Part shown: one piece after another, positions 10,601 to 22,600 of the stretch | How the letters are laid out: each line of letters begins with the position of its first letter | Position numbering within the stretch: position 1 is the stretch's first letter | Assembly (NCBI GenBank): GCA_002633005.1 | Contig: NMRA01000155.1 | Coordinates: 579,536-643,535 of the forward strand | Direction of reading: 5' to 3' | DNA: 64,000 bases | Source: Phoronis australis | Taxonomy: Eukaryota > Animalia > Phoronida | Program-made: the position numbers and the translations under genes | Notes under the pieces: generated by a model | Told to the model about the DNA's origin: nothing | Seen by the model: only the letters and a program-made list of their open reading frames with translations | Database searches by the model: none

Positions 10601-13600
10601 GGGCAAGCTATTTTAAAAGGTCGAAGCGGGTACTTTTCTTCCAAAATCGTGATTGGACGCCCTTTGGACGCCGTGCATTGAAGTAGCCAATCACGCATAT
10701 CGAGAGATTTACTGCAACACAGGCCACAGTCATATCCGGAAAGCTGCAACAGTAAATGTAATTTCCATATCAAATCTAACAGTACAGAATATCATTAGTT
10801 TCAAAATATCCTTTTACGTCTTCATTGTTGGAACGACCTCTTTGTCCAAACCGTCAAAAACTAGTCACATCCTTGAATTGCACTCACCCTGAGAGACTAT
10901 CAGACCAGTATGGTTGGGTGCCTTTGCTTGCCTCAATAATTCCTGAATGTGTGGGTATTCTTCAATTTTCTGACTGGCCATCAGCCGACCGACCAATTGA
11001 CAGTTCAGTTGACCACTGTCCATGATCAGAGCAGGCCGACACAACGGGAGAGTCTTGTGTAGTAGTTTCATCTCGCTGTCACTCAGATTGTGGTCTTCAG
11101 CAAACTGCAAGTCATCGATGATACTGCGAATAGCAATTAAGGGGAACATTGACAACCGTGGCTTCGTGGTTTTCAGCAAACTGCAGATCATAAATGATAC
11201 TGCGAATAGCAAAGGGGAACATTAACAACGCCATGGTCTTCATCATCATGGATCCACACACCTTTACAAAACTTTGAAATAAGAAACGTCATGCCTATCT
11301 AACAGGTAAAGTACTCAGGTGAAAGCATTATAGATCGAATTAGAAAAATACAACTTGGGCAGGTCACGTTATGTGATCCTTGGGAGGTTAAGATTTTGAC
11401 GCATCAATGTCGATGATAAATTACCCTCAAAAGATGACATTTTGGAAATAGAGTCCTGAAGACAGTGGGAAACAGAAGCAGTGTTTAAAGACGGTGACTA
11501 AATCCGGTGATCAACGAGACGGCACAGTTATGATGACGATCCTTGGTGATGATCATTACGAAACCCTTACAATGAAGAAAAGTGAAGTCACATAAAATGA
11601 CAGGAGGACGAATAACTCTGTTGAGATCTGTTTGCACGAGCTTTAAACAGAAAAAATATGTTGAGGCAGATTCACCAATCAAAATTTGCGCTTGCAAAGT
11701 TGACAGAAAAGCTTTCAAGGTCTTTGAACGTTCATCAGGTGACAATGTCACGTGCATTCTGGACAGCGCTAGGACATACACCAAGACCTGGCGTGCGTTC
11801 AGTAGACGCTAGGACCTACGCTAGGTCCTAGCTAAAACGTAGTCAAAGTCACGTGTTCTTATTTAAAATGCTCGGTCATATCTCACGTAATCTCGCGAAG
11901 TATTGCTTTTTAGCGAGGTCCTAGCGTTAATGAACGGGAGGCTGGTGTAGTTCACAATCCAAGGTCACGTGGTAACGGCTGAGACAACGTTGAGCTCATA
12001 ACATACAAACCTGTTAATGCCTGTTGCTTTAGTTTTGGTGTGCAGCCAGGTGTAATTAAAGAAGATGTCTTTCTTCAGTTCGTCGCGTCTCTTGCTAAGG
12101 ATGAGGTGATAGGGTAGCTGATTTAACTTCCTGTAATTGAATATGGCCCCCTCTCCTGGAGAAGAAACGGAAATTTGTGTTTTATTCTTCTTTTCAAAAT
12201 TAAAAAAATATCTACAGTATATTCGTTTTACAATGTAGCGTGAACACTACAGTTTTGCATCAAAACGACGGTCAAGAGTTTGCTTTGATGGGATATTCCA
12301 GTGGCGGATTTAGAGGGGGCTAAAGGAGACATGCCCCCCTAAAATGCTCCCAGATTCCATTTGGCAGTTCGGGGGTGCGAATGTCTGACAGCCGGGCAAA
12401 ATCCTGACTAATACTCTGCCCTGCCACCCCCCAACTCAAAATCCTGGATCCGCCCCTGTATTCAACAGTTTTAGCAAGAAAACATCAGTCCTGTTTATAC
12501 GTTTGTAACTATCATTTTTAGCTTAAGTCACGTTTTTCCCATTGCAGTGATCTTGTTTTTAGAAATTATTATGAACAACCGTTTCTGGATAGAAGTATTG
12601 TACAAATGATATCGTATAGTGACATTTTCTCACCCATTTCATCGAAGACAAGAGGCTGTTTTGCCACCAGTCGATCCGCTTGCGATGCACTTCCCTTTTT
12701 GTCCGTATAGCCCTTCAGCTTGCCCCCCGACCACATGCCGCAGAAAAAGTCCGCTAAAGCATCATGTAATTGACATCTGGAATTATAGCAAAATGTATGT
12801 TGCAAAAATTATTTCAGGTTACTCATTTTTGGTATCAGTCACAATACTACGTGTTCAAAAACACATAAAAGAGGATAGATAACATTTTGGAAGAAAGTGC
12901 GGTTTGTTTGAAAGTGCATTGACCGGGAGCTTCGTTAATTATGTTCTCTGTACACGTACAACTTTTCGTTGAATCACCTGAGCTTACATCTATGGAACGA
13001 TGCGAAAAGATTTGATTAGGCATTGATACAGTGTGATTTCGTGACATTTGGTGAGTGAAGACACATGTAACATGAAGAAGCATGTAACGTGAAGACACGC
13101 GTAACACGAAGACACGCGTAACGCGAAAACACGCGTAACACGAAGACACGCGTAACGCGAAGACACGTGTAACGTGAACGAAGACACGTGTAACAGGAAG
13201 ACACATGTAACGTGAAGACACATGTAACGTGGAGAAACGTGTAAAAATAAAAATGCAGTGTAATGAGCGCGGTTTCCGTACACGCAGACTTGAATCGATT
13301 TTGGTAGACGATTTGCGTAATTAGATATCTCACAGAATGAGGACACCAGAGTCATTGATGCAGAAACAATCCTCACGTGTTATTGTCGTCAGCCAGATAT
13401 CTTGTCTTGGCAACTTCTATAAACTGTCGATGATACCACATTACCACTTGTATATTGTCGACTCCTCGGTCAGTCAGGTAATCTGAAAATATATGTCATG
13501 CATAATTTGATTATTCCGTCATCCATTTACAAGCTGGTTCCTTATTAAAACGGTCACGACAATTTTCAGGTTGACGTCATCGTTAAAACTCCACCCTAAA

Positions 13601-16600
13601 TACTTCTTTTACACACACTGGAGAGCAGGCGACATGATATAAACCAAACGAGTGGATCACTCATTGAGTCGGATGCTAAACCCCACTTTGGTGATTTCAG
13701 TGAATCCTCGTTTTGTCTCCATCATTGTTGTCTCTTTGAAAGAAGATAACAATATGAGTTATCCATCCCACTAAAACACATACTTAGTATACTTGCTCTA
13801 AAGAGAACGTGTAACTGGCACAAAAGGTAGATCACGCTTGCACCATAAGCTGGCTTAAGGACTTTTTTAAATTCGCTCCAAAGTCTTTAGGGATGTCAAG
13901 GGATGCAGGGGTTAGAGATCTGGATGGGAAAGTCGTAGTAAATATCTGGCAATAGGCCAAAACCAGGTTTAGTATCCGTTTAAGCAATACATAAACACTG
14001 CGTGATCAAAAAATAGAAAAATAAATACTAAGTGATGAGTTCCAAGTAATAACGCCGGAAGTCAGTTACACTGACAATTAAAAAAACTCATTCAAAACTA
14101 ACATTAACGTGCTCGAGTGTTCAAAGCAGTACGAAAATAAAGTTGCAAACGCAGTGATATGTGAAAACACAGGGAAGGTTTTCTCGCTGTACCAACCTCT
14201 CAAGTCAGCCCGTATTCTCACCCATAAGAGTGGAGGAAGACGACGGAGTGGAGGAGTGTGGTACTGGTACACGTCATTTAGAACTTCGTCATCACAAGAC
14301 AGGATATCCTCTAGTTCAGATTCTCTGTCAGTAAAAAATATTTTGCGCATTGACCACGTGATGCCATATTCGTCTCTTCCGAGATACTTTACACCAAATA
14401 CAGTGATAATCCTAAACCACAGCGTTCCGTCTGATAAGTGATTTTTAAAATAGACCACATAACGCTTTCAAATAGGTCTCATTTTGGAAATTGCTCAGAA
14501 CTGACAGTTGGTTATTCCTTGAGACCATGTTCGGTGAATAAAATGACTGCTACGAACGCCACCTGGTGGAGACTGTTCTCAGGTAACACTGACAAGTTAA
14601 TTCTTTCCAAGCGCCGATATCATAAGCAGTTTTAATTAATCTTAGAACAATTTCATAACGGTAAGTGGTCTCAATCAAAAGTTGTTTTGTTTTTTAATGG
14701 AAGGTGTGTTCATAACCACCTTAACATGTTACTCATACAGTGTCAAATGGTACGAACCATAATTTCCTTTAAAGGTAGATATTTTTGTTAACAAAATGTT
14801 TAAAAATGTATTCTTAACTAAATTTGTCAGGGTGAACTGAGACCTGACTCCCTTTACGGACTAGCTAGCACGGAAACTCTTAGAAGTTCTTTATTCAGAC
14901 GTATGCACAGTATACCTTGAACAAGTGTCTGGGTTCACATACTAAAGAGGCACAGTAGTGCCCATCGCGCTTACCCCAGGCCAGACCTGCTGGCCGTGAT
15001 ATAACCCAAGGCTCGACTCACTAACACATGACCATGATATTTCTCGACTCTGTCCAACAGGAAGTTGATAGTTTGTTCTACAGTCTTGCCCAAAGCGGTC
15101 TCGTCCACCACTGTGTACGATTTCCATCTATACGACTCGTCTAAGGACAACTAAAATACATGGAAAGGTCCTCAGCTAAGCAACAACGTCATGTTGTCGG
15201 TCGACGCCAGACAACTTCAATGAAATGCTAGGCATTAAAGCTATTGACGGATCTACAGGTCATAGAATGAACGTGTACGCACAACCTATGAAAAAAGTAA
15301 CCTCATTTTGACTTAATTCCAAGAACGGTTTCCCACAGCACGCTATTCTGTAGGTTCCTTAGCTGCACAGGAATAACTTGTGGCAACAGCACATTGTTTG
15401 TCGCAAACTGTACCTTGAGATAAAGCGGTAATGAACAAGTTCTGCAGGCCTTTTGAAGCACTTCCATTTGCGCCGGTTGCAGAGTCCGGCCCTTTTGCTT
15501 CAAAGATTCCGTAGCGATTTCTGAGATGTCAGATTCTTCAAGCCGAGGGACGTCTACGAAGGACTCCGCGGGCAAGATCACCTGGCAGTAAAGTATAGCA
15601 GAACAAGCAATCTGGTTAATAAGGAATGGCACAAAAGTATAGAGGCGTATTGAATAGAAAATAAACATACATGTATTCCGTGTTGCCCTCTGTGAAATGA
15701 GGCATGTAATATTCATATAGAATAATGCAAGATCTTCTGGGACTGCTCCAGCATCTGTCTAAGGTTTACCATTTGAAATTATTAACTTTCCATCGGCAAT
15801 TAACTGACAATGATAAAAGTCACGTACGTGTGAAAAAAGACCAGATAAATGTTCCACGAAATCCCCAACCAATTGAGCACGAAAAATGAAGTTTTCAATT
15901 GAATTTAAGCCAGCTAACTATGTTCCTCGTGAAAACATTGTGCAACGTACCAGATGGTACATATACCCACCTTTAACTGAGGTAAGACTTCGAACTGCTC
16001 GCCCGGCAAGGTAGAGAGGATGAAGTAGACATCGTCCGGTATCTCTTTCTTGTCCGGGAGCCAAACCATGTCGCGTCCGTCATCGGCGTTAGACAGTTGG
16101 TCGAGCGAGTCAAGTATTATGAATAGAGGCTTGTCCGAGTCGGCGTTACTTAGCAGGTCAATAAAATGCGCCTTCAGTTCACCCATTTGCTATTAAAATG
16201 TCAAAAATACAGTTTAGTGTTTTGCACAGTTAAATTAAATTCAGCTTCCCAACTGTCTGTCTTACGATAGTGTTATTCTTGGACTTTACAAGACGCATGA
16301 TTTTTTATTTAACATTTTGCTTCTACTAGCTAAACAGTACATTTAGAAGGAGAGATGTCACAAAAATATACCTAATTATCTCAAGTTCGTTACAAAAGCT
16401 TATGAATACTATAATGCTGAAAAATTAAATGCACATAAAAACTTTGTATATGACAGCTTCTCTGCGAAATGGGAAAATTTTATTGTTCATGTTAACTTTA
16501 TGTAGAAGATATTTACTTTAAACGAGATATGAGAATGGTCTTCCTGAGGTGTGCATGCGTGAATGAATGGTGTATTTATTTGTTTGTTTGTTTTTGTAAT

Positions 16601-19600
16601 TGTTTGTAAATGATAGTAAATACATTTAAAACTTGAAAAATAAAGTAAATTAAAGTGGCTTTGGTGATTGTGGTAGTCTGTGTTAAGTGGAAAAGCGAAA
16701 ACTGAACGGGGAGAGGCAATTTTTACAAATAAAAAATCTATAACCGTGGTCTTCCGTAAAACAACAACGTAACAAAAATTATGTGATTCATCGTCACTTG
16801 AGGCCCATCTGTATAGCACACACTCCTATTTGGAGAGAGCTTATAAATTGAAGTCAAACCAAAGTTTTCTACCAACAATTGAGTCGCCAAGCTAAAAAAT
16901 AAATTGAGTAAGGTGGCCAATGAGCCTTTATGTTAGTTGTGTGAAATTTGTAATTTGCACACTTCCTCATGCTTCGTGTCTTATTATAAGCCTGGACATA
17001 ATTTTGCTGTGTAGGCCCACGTGTTTTTTTGCTTGCGTCTATGATCGTTCGGGATTCTGGAACACTGCCAAATACCGACGGGGATTTCAAGGACGAGAGA
17101 AATAATGGCATTAAGGCTACCTCGGGGACTGGTGTCTCCTCGTTTTCCTCAAACAACTTCCTCAGCTGTTGACAAACAGACGTGAGTAGAGCACGAATGG
17201 ACGCCGAGTCGCTGGTGGTGCTGATGAACCGCGACACGACGGCACATTCTCCGTCTATCCACGAGGAGGCGCTTTGAATAACTTTTGACATCAGTGCCGT
17301 CTTGCCACATCCAGGTTCCCCAACAAGCACAGTAGTGCGACTGAAATCAACCACAAGAGAAATAAGCCAGCATGGTGACAAGTTAGATTGCAGCTTCGGG
17401 CAATTAGCAGTGACTAAAAATTAAATGTTCGGCGGTAGATTCCATATTTTTTCAGGATGGCAGCCCCCATATAGCATTGTGGGGTTGCTATAGTAGCCAC
17501 TAGTAATGTAGTTGGATGGCAAAACTTTCGAATCACACTTTTTCGATCTACAGTGAATTTGTTTTCAGAATCTACACCTGGTGTTGGAGTATCGGGTCTA
17601 GCATTTTCAGGAAATGGTGAGTTTGGGCTGAAAAGTGTCCATTTTGTGTTTTGCCACCTTTTCTCGGCTCGCTTCATATTTCGGTGGAAGTTAGAAGGGT
17701 CAAAAATATGAGACAGGGTAAAGTTTCTCTGGTCATGCATAAAGGTTCTGGTGTGAAACGACTCACAACTTTTCATTTTTCCCAAGTTTTCGACAGAGTG
17801 TGAAGAAGGGCACCAAGTCCAGCATGGTGTAGACTGCCAGGAAAACCCAATGAGAACCTTAGAGTGTCTCCCAAGTTGCCAAACCGCCTCAAATGCCAAA
17901 CAGATCCTGCCGATGTGTGTTGTCTTTGCGCTAGCTTGTTTTATCACTAGTGATCATGAGTATATAAACGTGTTAGCGAACAGATTATTATCTTATATAA
18001 GAAAAGCGATGTCAATTGTTAATATCTCTGACTTCCTGATAATGACACACCTGTGGAGTAATATGACGTCTTTCACACTTTGTGTTAAATGTATTTTAAT
18101 GTAATACCATTCGGAGTCGAAAGTACACCTCAGGTTTTATTCGAGGAACTGGAAAAGGAAAAATACGCTATTTTCGAATTTACGCTTCGTGGGACAGTTA
18201 TTATTGTAAGTTCCAAGTACCATACCTATTGAGTACTTGATTTTTAATGCGATCAAGAAGCTCAGTGCGACCATAGAATGTCGAACATTTAGCTTGAGCA
18301 AACTGAATGTGGCGGCTGATTTCCTCTTCGAGTTTATTAAGAGAAGCGCTCGAATTACGCTCTTGAACTCCGTCGTCGATCATGCGCCGAAGGGTGGCGT
18401 GGAAGTCTTCGCAGAATCCGTCAATGTACTGCGCGTGCTCTGAAAATGATTTCAATCATATTAATAATAGTAGCACTGTATTTTGCCAATTTTAGACACT
18501 TTACTTTCATAAAATCGGACTCGTAACATTTCTTACCGCAAAAGAATACCAGTTTGATGTTTGTTATTCAGTGCATAAACTTGATTCTTAAAATTTCGTT
18601 ACCCCCAGTAAATGACTTGGCCTATTACCCTCTACAGGCAGAGTTTCGGCACGACGCTGCAACACGTCGCCGCCATTTTGCTTTAAGCCTTTGCTCATTT
18701 TGTACAGATAGGTAGGCGTTATTAGTCAAACCAATAGTGTGCTAGTGCTTACATAACCTGAGATAAAGAAAAGACCATTTCCTTTGATTAATAATTAAAA
18801 TTGAAGTCAAAATATTATTGTTCGTTTTGCATTTTGTTCAAATGTGTACTCACGAACGTTCTGGTAAGACTGTTGTCATAGAATCCTAAGGACTTGGCAT
18901 AAATTGTAAACGTAGTGTCACTAATGTTGCCGGTGTTGTAGAATTTTCGCGCATGCCAAATCAGTACAGTATGTTTAGACACACAAGACGTCATTCGTAC
19001 TTCACCTTTAGACACGTCCGGATTGATCCCTTTTTCAGCCCATTTCACGTTATACGTGGAGATATTCTTTTCCGAGAGAGCGTTTGGTATTTTTACGTTT
19101 CTGCAAATAAAACAAACGTAAAGGTTTTCAATTTGAGAAAATTTAAATGTTGCCGCGCCAGCAAAACAAAATTGAAGTCAGTGTTTCTTGTATTTCTTTC
19201 TTTTCTCAGTCTGGATGTTTACGTAAAAAATCTGCTAATGGTTGTGTTAGAATTTTTTTATTGAAAGCCATAACGTTACAAAGCCTCTGAGTGAAATAGC
19301 TACAACACCACTACAGCTCGCAGACATTACTCGCGTGTGGCGTCACCTGTAGGAAAGGAAAGTCACCTACATACATGTTTAACTCTCCAAGACAGTAGCG
19401 GATCTAGGATACCACAAGGGGGGCAACATGTTGCCTCGGGCAACGCGCGATTGTATGTGCATAGGCGGCCCGAAAGTTGCGGGGGGCCAGTAATGTGGAC
19501 CTTCTGTTCACAAAATCTATCGGTGGATCGGTGGACTGAAAAACAAAAACGGTCTGGGGGTGTGAGCCCCCGCCCTCTCCCTCATCCGCTACCGAACTTA

Positions 19601-22600
19601 ATTACTGAAATCAATATTTCCTCACGCTTCACGCTGTTGCTGTTTCATTTTGCTTGCGGTTGCCAAGGGGGTGAGGCGCCGGGGCCCCTTGCACCCCACC
19701 CTAAATCCACCTATGCAAGATTGTTCCGTGCATTGCCAAGTGGTTGTGACACAACCAGGATATAAGACCATAATACAAAACTATAACGGCTCCGCTGGTT
19801 CTATGTGAACACTCGGTGATTTACAAATCGATCTCAAGATAGTCTTATATCGAAATGAGTTATTAACTAAGAAATAGGTCCCTATGCAAAATAGAAAGAA
19901 GAAAAGGAAAACCCTAAGCATTAAAAATCTATAAAAGAATTCACATCCCACTGGGATAGCTTGTCCACGGCGTGATAAAAAACGAGTCACCTCACATCTT
20001 CCAATAGGTTAAAGGCCTCGTCGTCTGCCCCCGTTCCAATATCCATGAAAAATCTGGCCGACTTATCTCCCTTGTGCTCTTTAAGATCAGTGATGACCCG
20101 TTTGAACCAATAACAGTGCTTATCCGTGTCTTTGGCTTGCAAGATGCCATTCGCGATTTCTTCTTCCGTGACTGCGAATAAAAAAATTATTGCATGAAGC
20201 CAGTCACTGTTTTACGTTTTATATGCTGTCTAGTGTAACCTTGCGTCTAAAGAATTAGTACTGGAACTCGAATGATAACCAAAGAATTAAGAAACGCACA
20301 TTCGATTCACAAGTTAGCTCGGTTATCCTAGTTTCGGGAAACGTCACGTACCTGCCCAATAATAGCGATGTTTGTCAGCCTTATCTGACAAAGCCACGTC
20401 GGCTGCATTTCGTAGAATGACCTGCATCCTTTCAAACACTGACCACCACGTGCCCCGCGCCTTGATAACAGAAAGACACGAATGAAAAAAGGTGATGTAA
20501 GAAGTAGGAAAATAATAAAGCAAAGCCACCAGGATAATTATGTCAGTAAAGTTTGGTGGCCGCCCTTTATAGTTACGTAACAACTTGGTTAAAATCACGA
20601 CCTCATTTTCTGTTGGGAAACTTCACAGACACTGGTTCAGAGAATACGAACGAGTGCCAGTGAAGCTGTCACACAAAAAAGTGCTGTCGTGTTCATCAAG
20701 ATTGGATGATTGAGCGCTCTCTAATATTCCATTGAAAAAGTTGACGATTGCTGACATTCTTACCAGCATAGGTGGTTTTCACAGCTTTAAATCTTATGAA
20801 ACTGACGGAACAATCGTTCAAAGTTAACAGCATTGAATGGACGACACACATGAAGTCTTAACAGCATTGCATGGACGACACACACGAAGTCTAAGTTAAA
20901 ATGAAATTATTTGTCCTCTACTAACCTCCTTCTGTTTATCCGGATTAGAGCTGTCAGCGTATTCCGGCAATTTCTCTGTTATAGGAGTCAGCCAGTATAC
21001 GGCCGGCACGGCGTTATCGTCTCGCCTGAACCAGTCTTTTAGAAGGTCAGCGTCTTCAGCGTTTGCCACATTCTTCAGCAACAACTCAAACTTTTCAGCA
21101 GGAGAGGACGGCGGAAATGGCCTATAGCCATACTTTTGTCCCAAAAATGTCTAAAGAGAACACCAAGTGACCCATTATTGTCTGAACAGAACACCAAATT
21201 AAGCTTTAATGTTTGAAGAGAAAGCAGCCCAGAAATGGCGACAGAGCTACTTACTGTATGGACGTTTCAATTTGATCTCAAGTTCAAGCTGTATTTCTTC
21301 CTGCTTAACTGGCTCAAAACAAAAATCAAATAAGAACTTTTGCTATCACAAAATCGGTCTCAAAATGTTCCTTACTGTGATGGAAATTCCTGACCATTAC
21401 CAACTAGTCTCAGGAATTGCGCACCTGCGCCAATTTCGAATTTGCGACGTTAGGGTTGGCCAATCCCGATTAACTCTGAAGTTTTTTCTTGAAAGCTGGT
21501 GATTTTTGTATGGAACTAAAATCCTATAACGGTCAGGAATATTGAGAAGCCGATTTTATGAGGGTAAACGACCTGTCGGATTTTCGTTTGTGGTCAGCTT
21601 AACAGCGAAATGCTGCGGCAACTTTGAGTTTCAGAACTAGACGAGGCCACATGCACTTCTACTATACATCCGGGCAATCATACTGAATCGTTCACAAATG
21701 GAACAATTCACGATCCAAACTGCCATTTGATTAAGAATTTAAGCGCATTGGAGTCTATTTCAAAGTTTAAAGCCATCCCCTTGGTGTAGACATTACAGGG
21801 AACGAGTCGAGCAAAATAGATATGCTCAGAAGATGAGCATATTGAATCTTTCTTAATGACTTGACATGGTGTTCAAGATTTTTAGTATCACTAATGTGTT
21901 ATTAGTACGACGTTATTTCTTCTGGACTCTCTCAGAAACACATTATGACTTCAGGGCCCAGTCCCCAATCTTTTTACTTGAAATGGAACTCGAAATTAGG
22001 TTTGGCATTTTCTACTCTACTTTTGAGCGAACTCAAGATAAGTTTCTATTATTCTATGGTACAGTACATGTACACAATAACTTACGTAGATAATTTATTG
22101 CCCTTAGTTCACAGTTTGTAAACCCAATATTAAAGGAATAAGTTCGAGTTTGAACTCGAAATTTCGAGTTTTTACTCGAGTTTGTAGCACGAATATAAGG
22201 GTCTTCAAGGGCAAACTTGAACTAGAAACTCCTATGCATAAACTATAATGTATTCGAGCACAGTTTGATAACCAATTATCTTAAGTTCGCACAAAAAGCG
22301 CAGAGAAATTGCCAAAAATAGTTACGAGTTTGTTTCGAGTACAAAGATTAGAGACCGGGCCCAGGTCTTCTAGATTTAGTTTAGGACTCGACTGATGTCA
22401 ATATTAACAATCGGCTGTCACTGTGGATTGAAATTTGTCTACAGTCTTTGTCCGCCTTCACAGAGTGTCACACTCTGAGTGCGGTTTGCACTGTGTGGAC
22501 TAAGTACACGTTGAGCTCAACACACTTACAATGAAGTTTGGTCCCGTTGATAACTTCTGGCATTCTTCCAGCTCTTTCATACACAGCTGTGACGTCAAGT

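Noticed and set aside
10588-10773. Possible NWD exon after TTGCAG
   Set aside because: Wrong phase (immediate stop); contains the TGGACGCCC motif of the hAT-type MITE; exon 10365-10261 fits instead.
12847-13376. Three overlapping RV/TC-rich ORFs
   Set aside because: Minisatellite translation within an NWD intron.
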